Assembly (NCBI GenBank): GCA_001179505.1
Contig: CDMY01000702.1
Span: 1-28,935 of the forward strand
Source: Vitrella brassicaformis CCMP3155
Lineage: Eukaryota > Protista > Chromerida
Length of the DNA stretch: 28,935 bases
Reading direction: 5' to 3'
A program made the position numbers and the translations under genes. Of the stretch, positions 1 through 9,631 are shown one piece after another; position 1 is the first letter of the stretch, and each line of letters begins with the position of its first letter. The notes beneath the pieces are model-generated. The model searched no databases, was not told the DNA's origin, and was given only the letters and a program-made list of their open reading frames with translations.

Positions 1-1406
1 GTGAGTGACTCAGAGAATGGGGCAGAGGGAATGCGGGGCGGGTGGGGCTGTTGGGAGGGCTGTGGCAGACCATCAGCCGACGGCACCACGTCGACTTCCG
101 CACACTGGCCGATGAAGCGGGATGGCGAGTCATCGGCCTCGGGGGGCTCAGGGGGCCTCCCCCCTCCCCTCCCACCACGACCGCCCTTACCCTTCCTCCC
201 CCTCGGCGAGCCCTTCCTGCCGCGTGTCGGCGACCTGCCCCTCCCCTGCGATTGCTGCTCCGCCCACTCTGCCACCTCGGGCGGCGCGTCCACCTTGACC
301 ACCTTGCGCTGGGCTTGCTCATACCACAGGGAGTCGATCACCTCGTTGATCTCCTTCTCCTTGGCCGGGTCGGGCGGCGGCTGCTCCACGGCGTCATAGA
401 CAAGCCACGCAGCCGTACCGCGGGGGTCGTATGTGGCCACCACGGCCATCTGGGGATGGGGGGCACGTTTCTTGCATGGCAGGCGGGCGGGGAGCCGCCG
501 CGGCGAGGGCGGTTGGGTGAGAGGCCTGGGGGTGAGGGTCGAGGGGAGGGTGGAGGGGAAATCTGGGGCCGCTGCCATATGTGGTGGTATCGCTGTGAGA
601 GGGAGAGAGAGAGAGAGAGATCAGACAAACACACACAGAGAGAAGATACTCGTATACTAATGCCTCTGTGTCCTTCTGTGCTGGTGTTGGTTAGTGTGTC
701 ACCCACCCCCACCCACCTGCTGGAACGGCCTGAGGGCGTTCTGGGCGTCTTCATAGTGGGGGTTCGCAAACTCCTTCACATCAGGCATGGGGCTGGTCTC
801 CTGCAGGAAGCGGATGGTGCCCTCAAAGTCCTCCTTGGTCGGGAGACCTTGTCCCTTCCGCCCTCCCCCTCCCAAATTCGTGTTGACCAGGAACCGCTGC
901 TCCGCCGTCCCGTTGACATCCGCCGCCGCCGCACTCGCCGCACTAGCACCACCACTCGCAGGATCAAGGACGAGAAGCTTCTGGTAGTACATATGATCCA
1001 TCTTGGCCCAGTTCACCCTGATGGGCTCGTCCTTGTTCTGCTTCTTGATGTTCCGCTTCTTGATGGGCTTGTCCTTGTTGTTGGCCCCTGCTGCCGCACC
1101 CCCACCGGCATTCCTGTCCCTCTCCCTCTCCCTCTCGAAGGGCTGCTCGAGGTCAAAAGGGTGGTGGTCGAGCCCATGGCCGAGTGGGAATGGGATGCGT
1201 GGCGGTGGGGCGTGGGGGAAGGGTGGCAGAGCCATGAGATCGTCCGGCAGGTCATCCGTCAGTAGAGGCGGCGGGGCGGGGCGGGAACGGTTTCGCCGCT
1301 GTGCGGGCGGTGGCACTGGCATGGCAGGTCCTGGCGCAGCTGCAGCTGCAGCAGCAGCAGCTGCTGCTGACGACGATGCGCCACCTCCCAGCATCGACTC
1401 ATTCAT
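1..1406 (-). CDS. Hypothetical protein, 3'-partial; Ala/Pro-rich N-terminus, RGG/basic patch near the window edge
   Basis: ATG at 1406 (MNESMLGGG...). Exon 717-1406 is 690 nt and ends at a phase-0 GTGGGT donor. Acceptor at 450-451, then exon 449->1 reads MAVVATYDPRGTAAWLVYDAVEQ...EINEVIDSLWYEQAQRKVVKV...RGRKGSPRGRKGKGGRGG and runs off the window. Probable 5'UTR exon at 1811-1879. No family recognised. Confidence 0.75.
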
Positions 1407-2130
1407 TGCCCTCGGTTGGGGCCAGCCTGACAGACAACACAACACACAAACAGACAGGACAAAAGTGAGAACAGACGCATGAGCCGTGTGTGTCAATTGC
1501 AACGCACACGAACGAACACCTGATGACACGGCTCAAAAGGCACCGCACCACCGCCCTCCCTGAACTGCACTGACTCTGCCTGGCATGAGCCCCGCTTCAC
1601 TCAAACCGCGCCACAACCGACCTCTACCTGTCACAACGGCCTACACGAGCATCAACCTGCCTGCCTGCCTGCCTGCCTGGAACCCCTGGCTCATGGGAAA
1701 GGCTCAGACGAGGCAAGGTCGATCGGCCGGACGCGTCGGTAACACATTCACTTTTCTCGGCACTGACTGCCTGAGTCTGCCCACCGGGTGATGCCTACCG
1801 GTGAACTCACCTTGAAACGGCGGCGAAGGAGCTGGAAAGGTCGTCACTGACTCGTCAAACCGCGTTGGTCAGGGCGAGCCTGACACACGCACACATACAG
1901 GCAAGCAGAACGGGTGGAAACACGCACACACAGGTCGTCACAGGCTAGATCACATCCAACAGACGTCACACAGATCTGTCACAGTGTCGCTGACTGCCTC
2001 TGCTCAGCATGACTCGGGGAAACACAATTTTGGCTCTCTTTTGAGTCTTCCTTACACGTGCGTGTCTGTGTGTGCCGCTCCTTACGTCGTAAGATGATGA
2101 AATTCGCCCAAATTCGGTCATTTTTGCGCT

Positions 2131-2286
2131 AAGCTCGCATCGATCCGAACTGTTCCTCTTCTCCTCGCTCTTTTTTCCCCGTTTTCCCCTCCCCCCGTCT
2201 TTGTCCGTCACGTCCTGTTGGAAGGGACTATGTCTCAGCGGCCACAGCGGCGGGAAATATATTGAAGTCTGATCGACTGCGAGCTT
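2131..2286. promoter_or_regulatory. Divergent promoter region with two TGCGAGCTT motifs (2131-2139 minus, 2278-2286 plus)
   Basis: Lies between head-to-head genes; the same 9-mer recurs in other upstream regions. Function is inferred. Confidence 0.45.
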
Positions 2287-2439
2287 CTTTGGTGAAGGAA
2301 GAGAGGCGTCCTCTCGCAGGCGAATTATCCTGCCGGTGAGAGGCTCTCTGTACTCGCTCAGCCAGCTCAGCGCCTTTCTCGGCAGCTAGCTTACACTCTC
2401 GCTTGTTATCTCGCGAAGGCTCAGTCGTCGGCGCCATTC

Positions 2440-3080
2440 ATGGCCGCCAGTCAGCCGACACTCAGCCTCCAGCCGCCACAAGCAATCGATTTCCGCCGTC
2501 GAGTCCAGCCTGACGACGATGATTCACCGTCGGTCTCATCGGTGGCTTCTGCCCATCCGGAGGAGCCCGTGACAAGCCCGGGCGAGCTTCACTCGCCTGA
2601 GGAGGCGCCCGGACCGTCGCTGCGCTCCCGGTTCCATCCTTGGAACTTCCTGAGCGGCTCGATGGCGGGTGCTACAGCCAAGACCATCATCTACCCTCTC
2701 GATAGGGTCAAAATGATCTACCAGGTCCGCTCAGGAACACCGCCCGCGCCACACACGTGAGAATGAGGTGAACAGGTGGTGTTTGTTGTGTCTGTGTCCC
2801 CTCCCTCCCTCCCTCCCCTTGTGGTCGCAGGTCCGTGGTGGGCGTGAGGACACTGTCGGTCAGTTTCGTTTGCGTGCCATCTTTCGTGATTTGGGAGGCA
2901 TTGTGAGGAAGGAGGGCTTGTTTGCTTTGTGGAAGGGCAACCTGGCGTCGTTCGCACGGACCTTCCCGCACGCGGGCATAGTGTTCTACACTTATGACAT
3001 CTACCACGACGCCCTGCAGAAGGCGTGCCCCTCTGACTTCAACCGACTGGTGGCAGGGGGATGCGCTGGTGGGTGGGGGT

Positions 3081-3112
<32 letters not shown>

Positions 3113-4101
3113 GTGTGCTGTGCTGTACTGTGCTGGATGCTGTCGGTTGCCTGCCCTGTGTGTGTGTGTGTAGGTATGACGTCAGTGGTGATCACCTACC
3201 CGCTGGACCTGTGGAACACACGGATGGCGGTGTCCAGATCAGTCAAGGAATACAAGGAGGTCAGTGAGCGACAGACATGTACTGTACTGGCCGACAAAGT
3301 GCCAGCTGCACACGTAACCGATGCCTATGCTGTTGGCTATCAGGTGACGTTGTGGAAGCGCGAGGGCCTGATCAGCTTGACCAGGGGCCTATTGCCGACT
3401 GTCTTGGGCATCTTCCCCTACTCGGCAATATCCTTCTACACCTTCGAGAGCCTCAAGCACACCATGCAGAAACAAAGACAGGTAGGTGGCTGCGGTGCGT
3501 ACTTTGACACACACGATTCACACCTGGGTAATGGTCACGTTCACAACTGCACGCCGTCATGCCTGCTATCCTTCTGCAGCGCATTCGTCGGCCCCAGCCA
3601 TCAGACAGCGACACATCCTCGTCTGCTCCCGCCCTCACGACGCCCCAGAAGCTGCCCCCCTGGTTGAATCTGCTCTGCGGCGGCACGGCCGGGTTGGTCT
3701 CACAGACGGCCACCTATCCAATCGACACAGTGCGGAAAAGGCTGCAGGCGGACATATTCCTCAACCACATCAAGGTAGTCAATCAGCAGCCGGATGTCTG
3801 GCGCATCGGCCCCATCCGTCCATCCATGCCACGTGCTCTCTGTGTGTCTATGCAGGAGTTGCGAGCGGCCGAGCGTCACCATGCCAAGCCCCATTCCTCC
3901 CAGCCGCTGCCCGAGCCCCTGCCGCACGCCACGCTGGGCTCGATCGGCCGTGCGACTGCTCAGGGTGTCTGGTGGGTGGTGAGCGACATCTGGCGGACGC
4001 AGGGCATCCGTGGCTTCTACAACGGGGTGACGCTGAACTGGATCAAGGGGCCGCTGTCGGTGGGGCTGAGCTTCACGCTGCATGAACTGCTCAGGCACTG
4101 A
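2440..4101 (+). CDS. SLC25A42: Mitochondrial carrier protein, SLC25A42/Leu5-like (putative CoA/adenine nucleotide transporter)
   Basis: Six exons with GT-AG introns and matching phases: 2440-2724, 2831-3068, 3174-3259, 3344-3481, 3580-3774, 3856-4101. Three carrier repeats (YPLDRVKM, YPLDLWNTR, YPIDTVRKR), LWKGN, GLLPTVLGIFPYSAISF, and C-terminal NWIKGPLSVGLSFT, which resembles SLC25A42 NWVKGPIAVGISFT. Subfamily assigned from remembered motifs. Confidence 0.9.
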
Positions 4102-4208
4102 CGGAGAGGAGAGAGAGAGGGAAATGTGTAGCGACCGGATGGAAAGGGGCTGGCTGTAGAGACACAGGGAGGGAGGGAGGGAGGGAGGGAGGGAGGGGTG
4201 GGAGGGGT

Positions 4209-4508
4209 NNNNNNNNNNNNNNNNNNNNNNNNNNNNNNNNNNNNNNNNNNNNNNNNNNNNNNNNNNNNNNNNNNNNNNNNNNNNNNNNNNNNNNNNNNNN
4301 NNNNNNNNNNNNNNNNNNNNNNNNNNNNNNNNNNNNNNNNNNNNNNNNNNNNNNNNNNNNNNNNNNNNNNNNNNNNNNNNNNNNNNNNNNNNNNNNNNNN
4401 NNNNNNNNNNNNNNNNNNNNNNNNNNNNNNNNNNNNNNNNNNNNNNNNNNNNNNNNNNNNNNNNNNNNNNNNNNNNNNNNNNNNNNNNNNNNNNNNNNNN
4501 NNNNNNNN
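4209..4508. other. Assembly gap (300 N)
   Basis: Run of N flanked by GGGA/GGGT low-complexity sequence. Confidence 1.
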
Positions 4509-5886
4509 GGGGTGGAGTGGGTCGAGTGGGTGGTTTGATCGATGTATAGACAGACACTTTCAGCTGATTGGGAGGGGTGGGTGGGTTACAATGCATGGCG
4601 GATGCTACCAAGACATGCGATGCTTGCTTTGGTAGTGCTGGCTAACGCTGTGGCTAAGATGGCGTGTCTGTGTACCCCTGTTTTTCTTGGGACCTTTTTG
4701 CTGGTCGGTTGGTTCGTTGGTTGGTCGGTTGGTCTTTTCCTCGTGTGTCACAGCAGCGGGCGCATTTTTGTCCGTTGTTTCTTGAGTGTGTCTCTGTGTG
4801 CAGCGAGTGGATGTCTGGTGACTGAAGTGACGCTATCATTCAGGTGACACGGCCGTCGACTGAGAGTAAACCCCACGTATGTGTCCCATCTGGCATGGAA
4901 ACACGTCTCTGCGGAATATAAAATGTAGGCAGCGATGAAACCACAGGCACACCCGCGGCACGAAGACACCCACACACTCCCTCCCCCCACCCACGCCCAG
5001 CAAGCCCTTCACTACGTCACTACGTCACTGCAGCACACACACACCACATGAACTGCCGCACGCAAATCAACGCCCCCAGACAGACAGACAGACAGACAGG
5101 CGGCGACTCTCACTCCAGTCAGTAGAGGGGCTGTGCCGATCTTGATCTTCTTGCTGGGCCGCTGGAGCTCCTGCTCGGCCTTGCGCACGTTGTGGCTGCG
5201 AAGTTGGTAAGGTGACACTGTGACGTCAGCAGCAGCAGCAGAGGTGGCAGCCCCCGTCTTGCCTACATGACAGAACACACAACACAGCACAGCACAATGG
5301 TGACCGCACCCACTCACAAACCCCCCCTCTCTCTCCTTGTCTGTCTGTCTGTCTGTCTGTCCTGTTCCCCCTCCCTCTCGCCCGCCCTCGCTTACGTTGT
5401 GGCTTCTTGGCTTTCGGCTTGGGCTCGGCCTTGGCTTTGGGCTTGGGCTTGGCCTTGGGCTTGGGGGTGGTGTCCGCCTTGAGCTTCTTGCTGGCGGGTG
5501 GAGATGCCGCCTCGCTGTCTGCCTTGCGCTTGCGGCCACCACGCAACTCACGGTGGGCCCCACCGGCGGCAGCCGCAGCAGCAGGACCGGACTTGGCCTT
5601 CGCCTTCCCCTTGGCCTTCGCCTTGGGCTTGGCCTTGAGGGCCTTGGTGGTCTTCTTGACTGGCGCGCGTCGCTGGCGCTTGACACGCGGCACCTCATCC
5701 TCCTTATCCTCCGTCTTGACGGCCGTCTCCTCCCTTTTGGTTTGCGCCCGAGTGCGGGGGCGATGGGCAGTGGAGGGGGCAGCGGGGGCTGGTGGTGGTG
5801 GTGGGAGCAGTGGAGGTGGTGGGCCAGGGGGAGGCGCAGGGAGCGGTGGCTGCTCCTCCTCCTCGACAGGGGGGGCCGGTGGCTGC

Positions 5887-6060
5887 TCGCCCTCCTCCTC
5901 GCCGTTCTCCTCGCCATGCTCATCATCAACAACACCGCCCAATGGCTCCAGGGGGGGAGGTGGTGGGCCAGGGAGAGGCCCCTCCTCCTCGCCCTCCTCC
6001 TCGCCGTTCTCCTCGCCATGCTCATCATCAACAACACCGCCCAATGGCTCCAGGGGGGGC
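5887..6060. repeat. Coding tandem repeat, 102-bp period, ~1.7-2 copies (PPLEPLGGVVDDEHGEENGEEEGE...)
   Basis: TCGCCGTTCTCCTCGCCATGCTCATCATCAACAACACCGCCCAATGGCTCCAGGGGGGG starts at 5899 and 6001. A diverged third copy (VKTPP...VDDEHG) lies at ~6535-6590. Confidence 0.9.
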
Positions 6061-6354
6061 GTCTTCACCCCTGCCGGGGGGACGATCGGTGGTGGGGGCA
6101 CCTCAGGAGGTGCACCAGGTAGGTGCTCGCCCGCTGCCGGCTCGGTCAGGTCGACGACCGGAGCAGCAGCAGCTGCTGCTGCTGCAACAGCCTCCTCCTC
6201 AGCTTCTTGGTCCGTGAGGTTCTGCGCTCCTTTGCGCTTCTTTGAGGCCGGTTTGCTGCCGCCTCTGCTGTGGCTGTCGTCCTTCCTCTTTCGCTGCCGA
6301 GATGGAGGGGTGGGAGGGACCTCGAGTGCCGCAGCAGCAGTGGAGGTGGTGGCT

Positions 6355-6505
6355 GCTCCTCCTCGTCAGCATCAGGGGCTTCCGGCTGTGCCTCCGCGTC
6401 GTCAGCATCGGGGGCTTCCGGCTGCGCCTCCTCCTCGTCAGCATCGGGGGCTGCCGGCTGCGCCTCCGCGTCGTCAGCATCGGGGGCTGGTGGCTGCTCG
6501 TCCTC
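6355..6505. repeat. Coding tandem repeat, 36-bp unit x ~4 (PDAD[DA/EE]EAQP[A/E]A)
   Basis: Repeated TCGTCAGCATC(A/G)GGGG unit; the minus-strand translation shows four 12-aa units. Confidence 0.85.
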
Positions 6506-6774
6506 CTCCTCAGCAGGGGGGGCTGGTGCAGCTGGCTCACTGCCATGCTCATCATCAACACCTTCCACGACAGGGGGCGTCTTGACCTGGCGTCGCTCTT
6601 GATCAGCGCCCGCAGCTCCCCCATCGTCATGGCCTCCAGATCGGCGACATCTGCGTTGTTTGGACCAAGGGAATGACACCAGTGGCCGACAGAAAAGCAT
6701 CCATCCATTTACCATCACCCAACTCACTCTCTCCTTTCTGTTCTACTTACTTACCGATGGCCGCAGGCGGCGGC

Positions 6775-6955
6775 AGCAGCAGGCCCGAAGCGAGCATGGC
6801 ATCGAAACAAGAGACCTCAGGATATAAAATGTAGTCAGCGATCGCTCCATTGACCTGCACACCGAGACACACAATCAACGGCCGACGACTGCTTTCAACT
6901 CTTCTTCAACAAGCCACCTTGTCGCCTCACCTTTCGTCGATCGCAGCTTTGGCTG
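6775..6955. repeat. Dispersed module A, copy 1 (exon end + intron + exon start); other copies at 8056-8236 and 11446-11549 (partial)
   Basis: GCAGCAGGCCCGAAGCGAGCATGGCAT[C/T]GAAACAAGAGA...AT[A/G]TAAAATGTAGTCAGCGATCG...GACCTGCACACCGAGACACACAATCAAC is present three times. Confidence 0.9.
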
Positions 6956-7069
6956 TTGCTCATTCTGTCCCGAATGTCCGCTCCAACAGCAGCGGCCGTA
7001 TCGTTGCTGCAGCTCCACCAGGCAGCTCTTTTGAAGCAGGCGCACACAGGGCATGAGAGCAAGAGTCTT

Positions 7070-7176
7070 CAAAATATAAAATGTCGGCAGCGATTGACGA
7101 CCTGCCCAATGGCAGACAGAGACACAGTGAGGGCGTGTGGCTGTGAGACATGATGTTACCAAAGCTTTCCTTACCG
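7070..7176. repeat. Dispersed module B, copy 1; second copy at 11272-11376; shares the ATATAAAATGT..GCAGCGAT core with module A and with ~4915-4940
   Basis: AATATAAAATGTCGGCAGCGATTGACGACCTGC...GGCAGACAGAGACACAGTGAGGGCGTGTGGC[T/C]GTGAGACATGATGTTACCAAAG is near-identical at both sites. Confidence 0.9.
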
Positions 7177-7319
7177 ATGGTCGTCTCCTCAATCTTGCCA
7201 GCCCCCCGCATTTCTGATCTCCTCCCTGACCTTGTCCTTGGTCCTCTCAGGCCCGCCTGTCTTGATGTGCTCGAGCCTGCCAGTGGTGTCTTGATGTGGT
7301 CGAGCAGCTTCCCCATGGA

Positions 7320-7720
7320 ACGTCATACTTGCCATCTTCTCAGCACCACTTCATCTTCTGCCGCTCCTCAGCCGTCTGCTACCCGTCTCCAGTGCCTGTT
7401 GGCCACGCGAATGAGCAGGGAATTACCGTCCCATCAGGGAAGACCCAATCGCCGGTCAGCATGTTGATTGATGGGATGGTTATCACACGCTGCCCGCCAC
7501 TGATGGTTGTGGAAGAAATCTTGACCTTCACAGGAAGGGCGGGTATTCTTCCCAGGAAGGCGGAGGGGGCAGCGACGAGGCGGCGTGCAGATGAACACGG
7601 GCCGACGTCTTGTTGCGGAGCTGCAGCAGACGGCGTGGCGACTCGATGTCTCTGGCGTTTTGGGTGAGCAGTGCGAGGGATTCGTTGTGCTTTGGTGAGC
7701 GGCGTTTTCCTTCCTCCGGT
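7320..7720. repeat. ~400-bp segmental duplication; partner at 12020-12420
   Basis: Near-identical core (about four substitutions over ~250 nt between 7407-7665 and 12121-12380), with indels at both ends. Confidence 0.95.
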
Positions 7721-8209
7721 GCGCTTGGTGCCCTAGACAGGAAGACGCCCGTCCGGCGCGAGCCCTGTAGCGCCTTGAACGAAGCTCCCTTCGTCGTGGC
7801 GTCGGCCGACACTGGCTTGAATGCTGCATTCAGCTCCTCTTGGGCACGCCGCTTCAGGTGTTGTTGCATACTCTGCTTTGTTTGGCGTCTGTCAACTCTT
7901 TCTGCACCTAATTCAGCTGCTGAACAAACAATAACACGCAGGATGCCTGCACTCGTGGTCCCTGTCTGAGCGTGGTCTCACATACCCATGGCAGCGCCTT
8001 GAGCAACCTTTTCGGCATCGTCCGTCGAAACAAATGGCGGTGGTCGTTGGTGGGGCAGCAGGCCCGAAGCGAGCATGGCATTGAAACAAGAGATCCCGGG
8101 ATATAAAATGTAGTCAGCGATCGATCTGTCGACCTGCACACCGAGACACACAATCAACGGCCGAGGCCTGCTTTCAACTTTTCTTCAACAAGCCACCTTG
8201 TCGCCTCAC

Positions 8210-9276
8210 CTTTCGTCGATCGCAGCTTTGGCTGTGGCCGACCGTTTCCCTCGCACTCAACACCATTAGCAAAGCGGGCGCACGCCACATGGACAAACTT
8301 GTTCCTCTGTGGGGGGTGAGCGGGGCCCTCCCTCTCCCTCTCCCTCTCCATGTCTCCAACATCACCGTCAGGACCGTATCCTCCAGCTGCTGCTGCCGCT
8401 GCTGCTGCGGCGGGTGGGAGGAGAGGTGGGGGTAGGAGTGGGGGTGGCAGGGTTGCGGGTGCAGGCGATGGGCCGAGACCAAGGCCACCAGCCAGGTCGA
8501 GGCCGAGACCTCCTGAAGGAAACGGTCCGCCCGCGGTCGAGAGAGGGGTGGCATGGGCAGCATGTCGGGATGCTGCTGCGGGTGTGGGTGTGGGCGCCGC
8601 CCGCCACTCGCTCTCCTCCTCAAATGAGTGGCTGGGCGGCGCCATCCACCAGGTCCCGCACTCGAGCTGGATCTCCAGCCCCAGCCGCTCAGGGTGCGAA
8701 CAGAACAGCAACTCGTACGCACCCAGCGGCGCGTCGCCGATGGTCGGCACGTCAAACACCTCATCATACGCAGGGGGCACACGCTCGCGCGACGACTGAC
8801 GAATCCCACACACACACACACACATGAACACAGGGACTATCGCGCCCCCCTCACTCCCCTATATGTGTGTGCGAGGTGGCGTACCTTTGCCTCTCCATCC
8901 TTGGGCGCGAGCACGCTGGGCGCCTTGAGCGGTGTGGTGAAGAATCCGCCCCACGGCGGCTGCAAGGTGTTGAGCGTCACGACCCGCACTGTGGGTGAGG
9001 GCGGGGGCGATGCCGTAGCAGCGGGGATGGACGTGCACACGGCAGGTGGCACACTCAATTAGCGGCTCCTCTGTCCCACCCTGACCACACATAACACACA
9101 CAACACACATGACAACCACCCTCGATGTGTGTCTGTGTGTATTGCCTGTCTGGCCTGCTCTCTCCTCCTGGCTGACTGACCTTGAGGCAGACGGCACAGA
9201 TGTTGGGAGCGTATGTGTCGGGTTTCAGAACGAGGCCCCAGGCACGAAAGCGTCATTGGCGTCAGGGCAGCATTAT
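8210..9276 (-). pseudogene. PHD/extended-PHD zinc-finger gene copy 3, disrupted
   Basis: Exon 9181-9276 reads GLVLKPDTYAPNICAVCLK but is preceded by two in-frame TGAs. Exon 8885-9080 reads GGTEEPLIECATCRVHVHPRCYGI, then shifts frame at ~9005. Exon 8210-8795 contains NKFVHVACARF. Confidence 0.65.
9005..9240. repeat. ~235-bp duplication of the PHD N-terminal exon pair including the intron; partner at 10505-10740
   Basis: GATGCCGTAGCAGCGGGGATGGACGTGCACACGGCAGGTGGCACACTCAATTAGCGGCTCCTCTGTCCCACCCTGACCACACATAAC... is shared, and the intron is also near-identical. Confidence 0.95.
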
Positions 9277-9331
9277 CTGCGTTGTTTGGACCGAGGGAAT
9301 GACACCAGTGGCAGACACAAAAGCATCCATC

Positions 9332-9631
9332 NNNNNNNNNNNNNNNNNNNNNNNNNNNNNNNNNNNNNNNNNNNNNNNNNNNNNNNNNNNNNNNNNNNNN
9401 NNNNNNNNNNNNNNNNNNNNNNNNNNNNNNNNNNNNNNNNNNNNNNNNNNNNNNNNNNNNNNNNNNNNNNNNNNNNNNNNNNNNNNNNNNNNNNNNNNNN
9501 NNNNNNNNNNNNNNNNNNNNNNNNNNNNNNNNNNNNNNNNNNNNNNNNNNNNNNNNNNNNNNNNNNNNNNNNNNNNNNNNNNNNNNNNNNNNNNNNNNNN
9601 NNNNNNNNNNNNNNNNNNNNNNNNNNNNNNN
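9332..9631. other. Assembly gap (300 N)
   Basis: Run of N. Confidence 1.

Larger units (their letters stand above)
5025..6680 (-). pseudogene. Low-complexity Pro/Glu-rich then Lys/Ala-rich (basic, nuclear-looking) coding region with an internal frame break
   Basis: Reads VKTPPVVEGVDDEHG...(PDADDAEAQPEA)n...EQPPPP, switches frame at ~6330-6355 to AATTSTAAAALEV...KRKDD...KKRK, then continues into ORF 5226-6101 (KAKPKAKAKGKAKAK, RKRKAD). Intron ~5266-5394, exon RKTGAATS...APLLTG, then an intron and TGA at 5025-5027. May be the 3' end of a larger PHD gene. Confidence 0.55.
6950..8125 (-). pseudogene. Spliceable gene fragments of unresolved frame
   Basis: GT-AG pairs join MLASGLLPHQRPPP...GAAM|GAERVDRRQTKQSMQQHLKRRAQEELNAAFK... 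and MGKLLDHIK...EETTI|GRQSLPTFYILK...PKLRSTK. Alternative frames are also plausible, and I could not build one consistent model. Confidence 0.3.

Noticed and set aside
42-1265. 407-aa plus-strand ORF, and similar long ORFs (5337-6122, 5407-6585, 11674-12360, 23383-23874)
   Set aside because: Antisense shadows of GC-rich minus-strand coding regions that run through microsatellite introns, with no motifs of their own.
5400-5680. Histone H1-like protein (KAKPKAKAK repeats)
   Set aside because: Only compositional similarity to an H1 tail; no winged-helix globular domain is visible.
5887-6505. CRISPR-like repeat array
   Set aside because: The units are contiguous in-frame coding repeats (102 and 36 bp) without unique spacers, in a eukaryotic gene.
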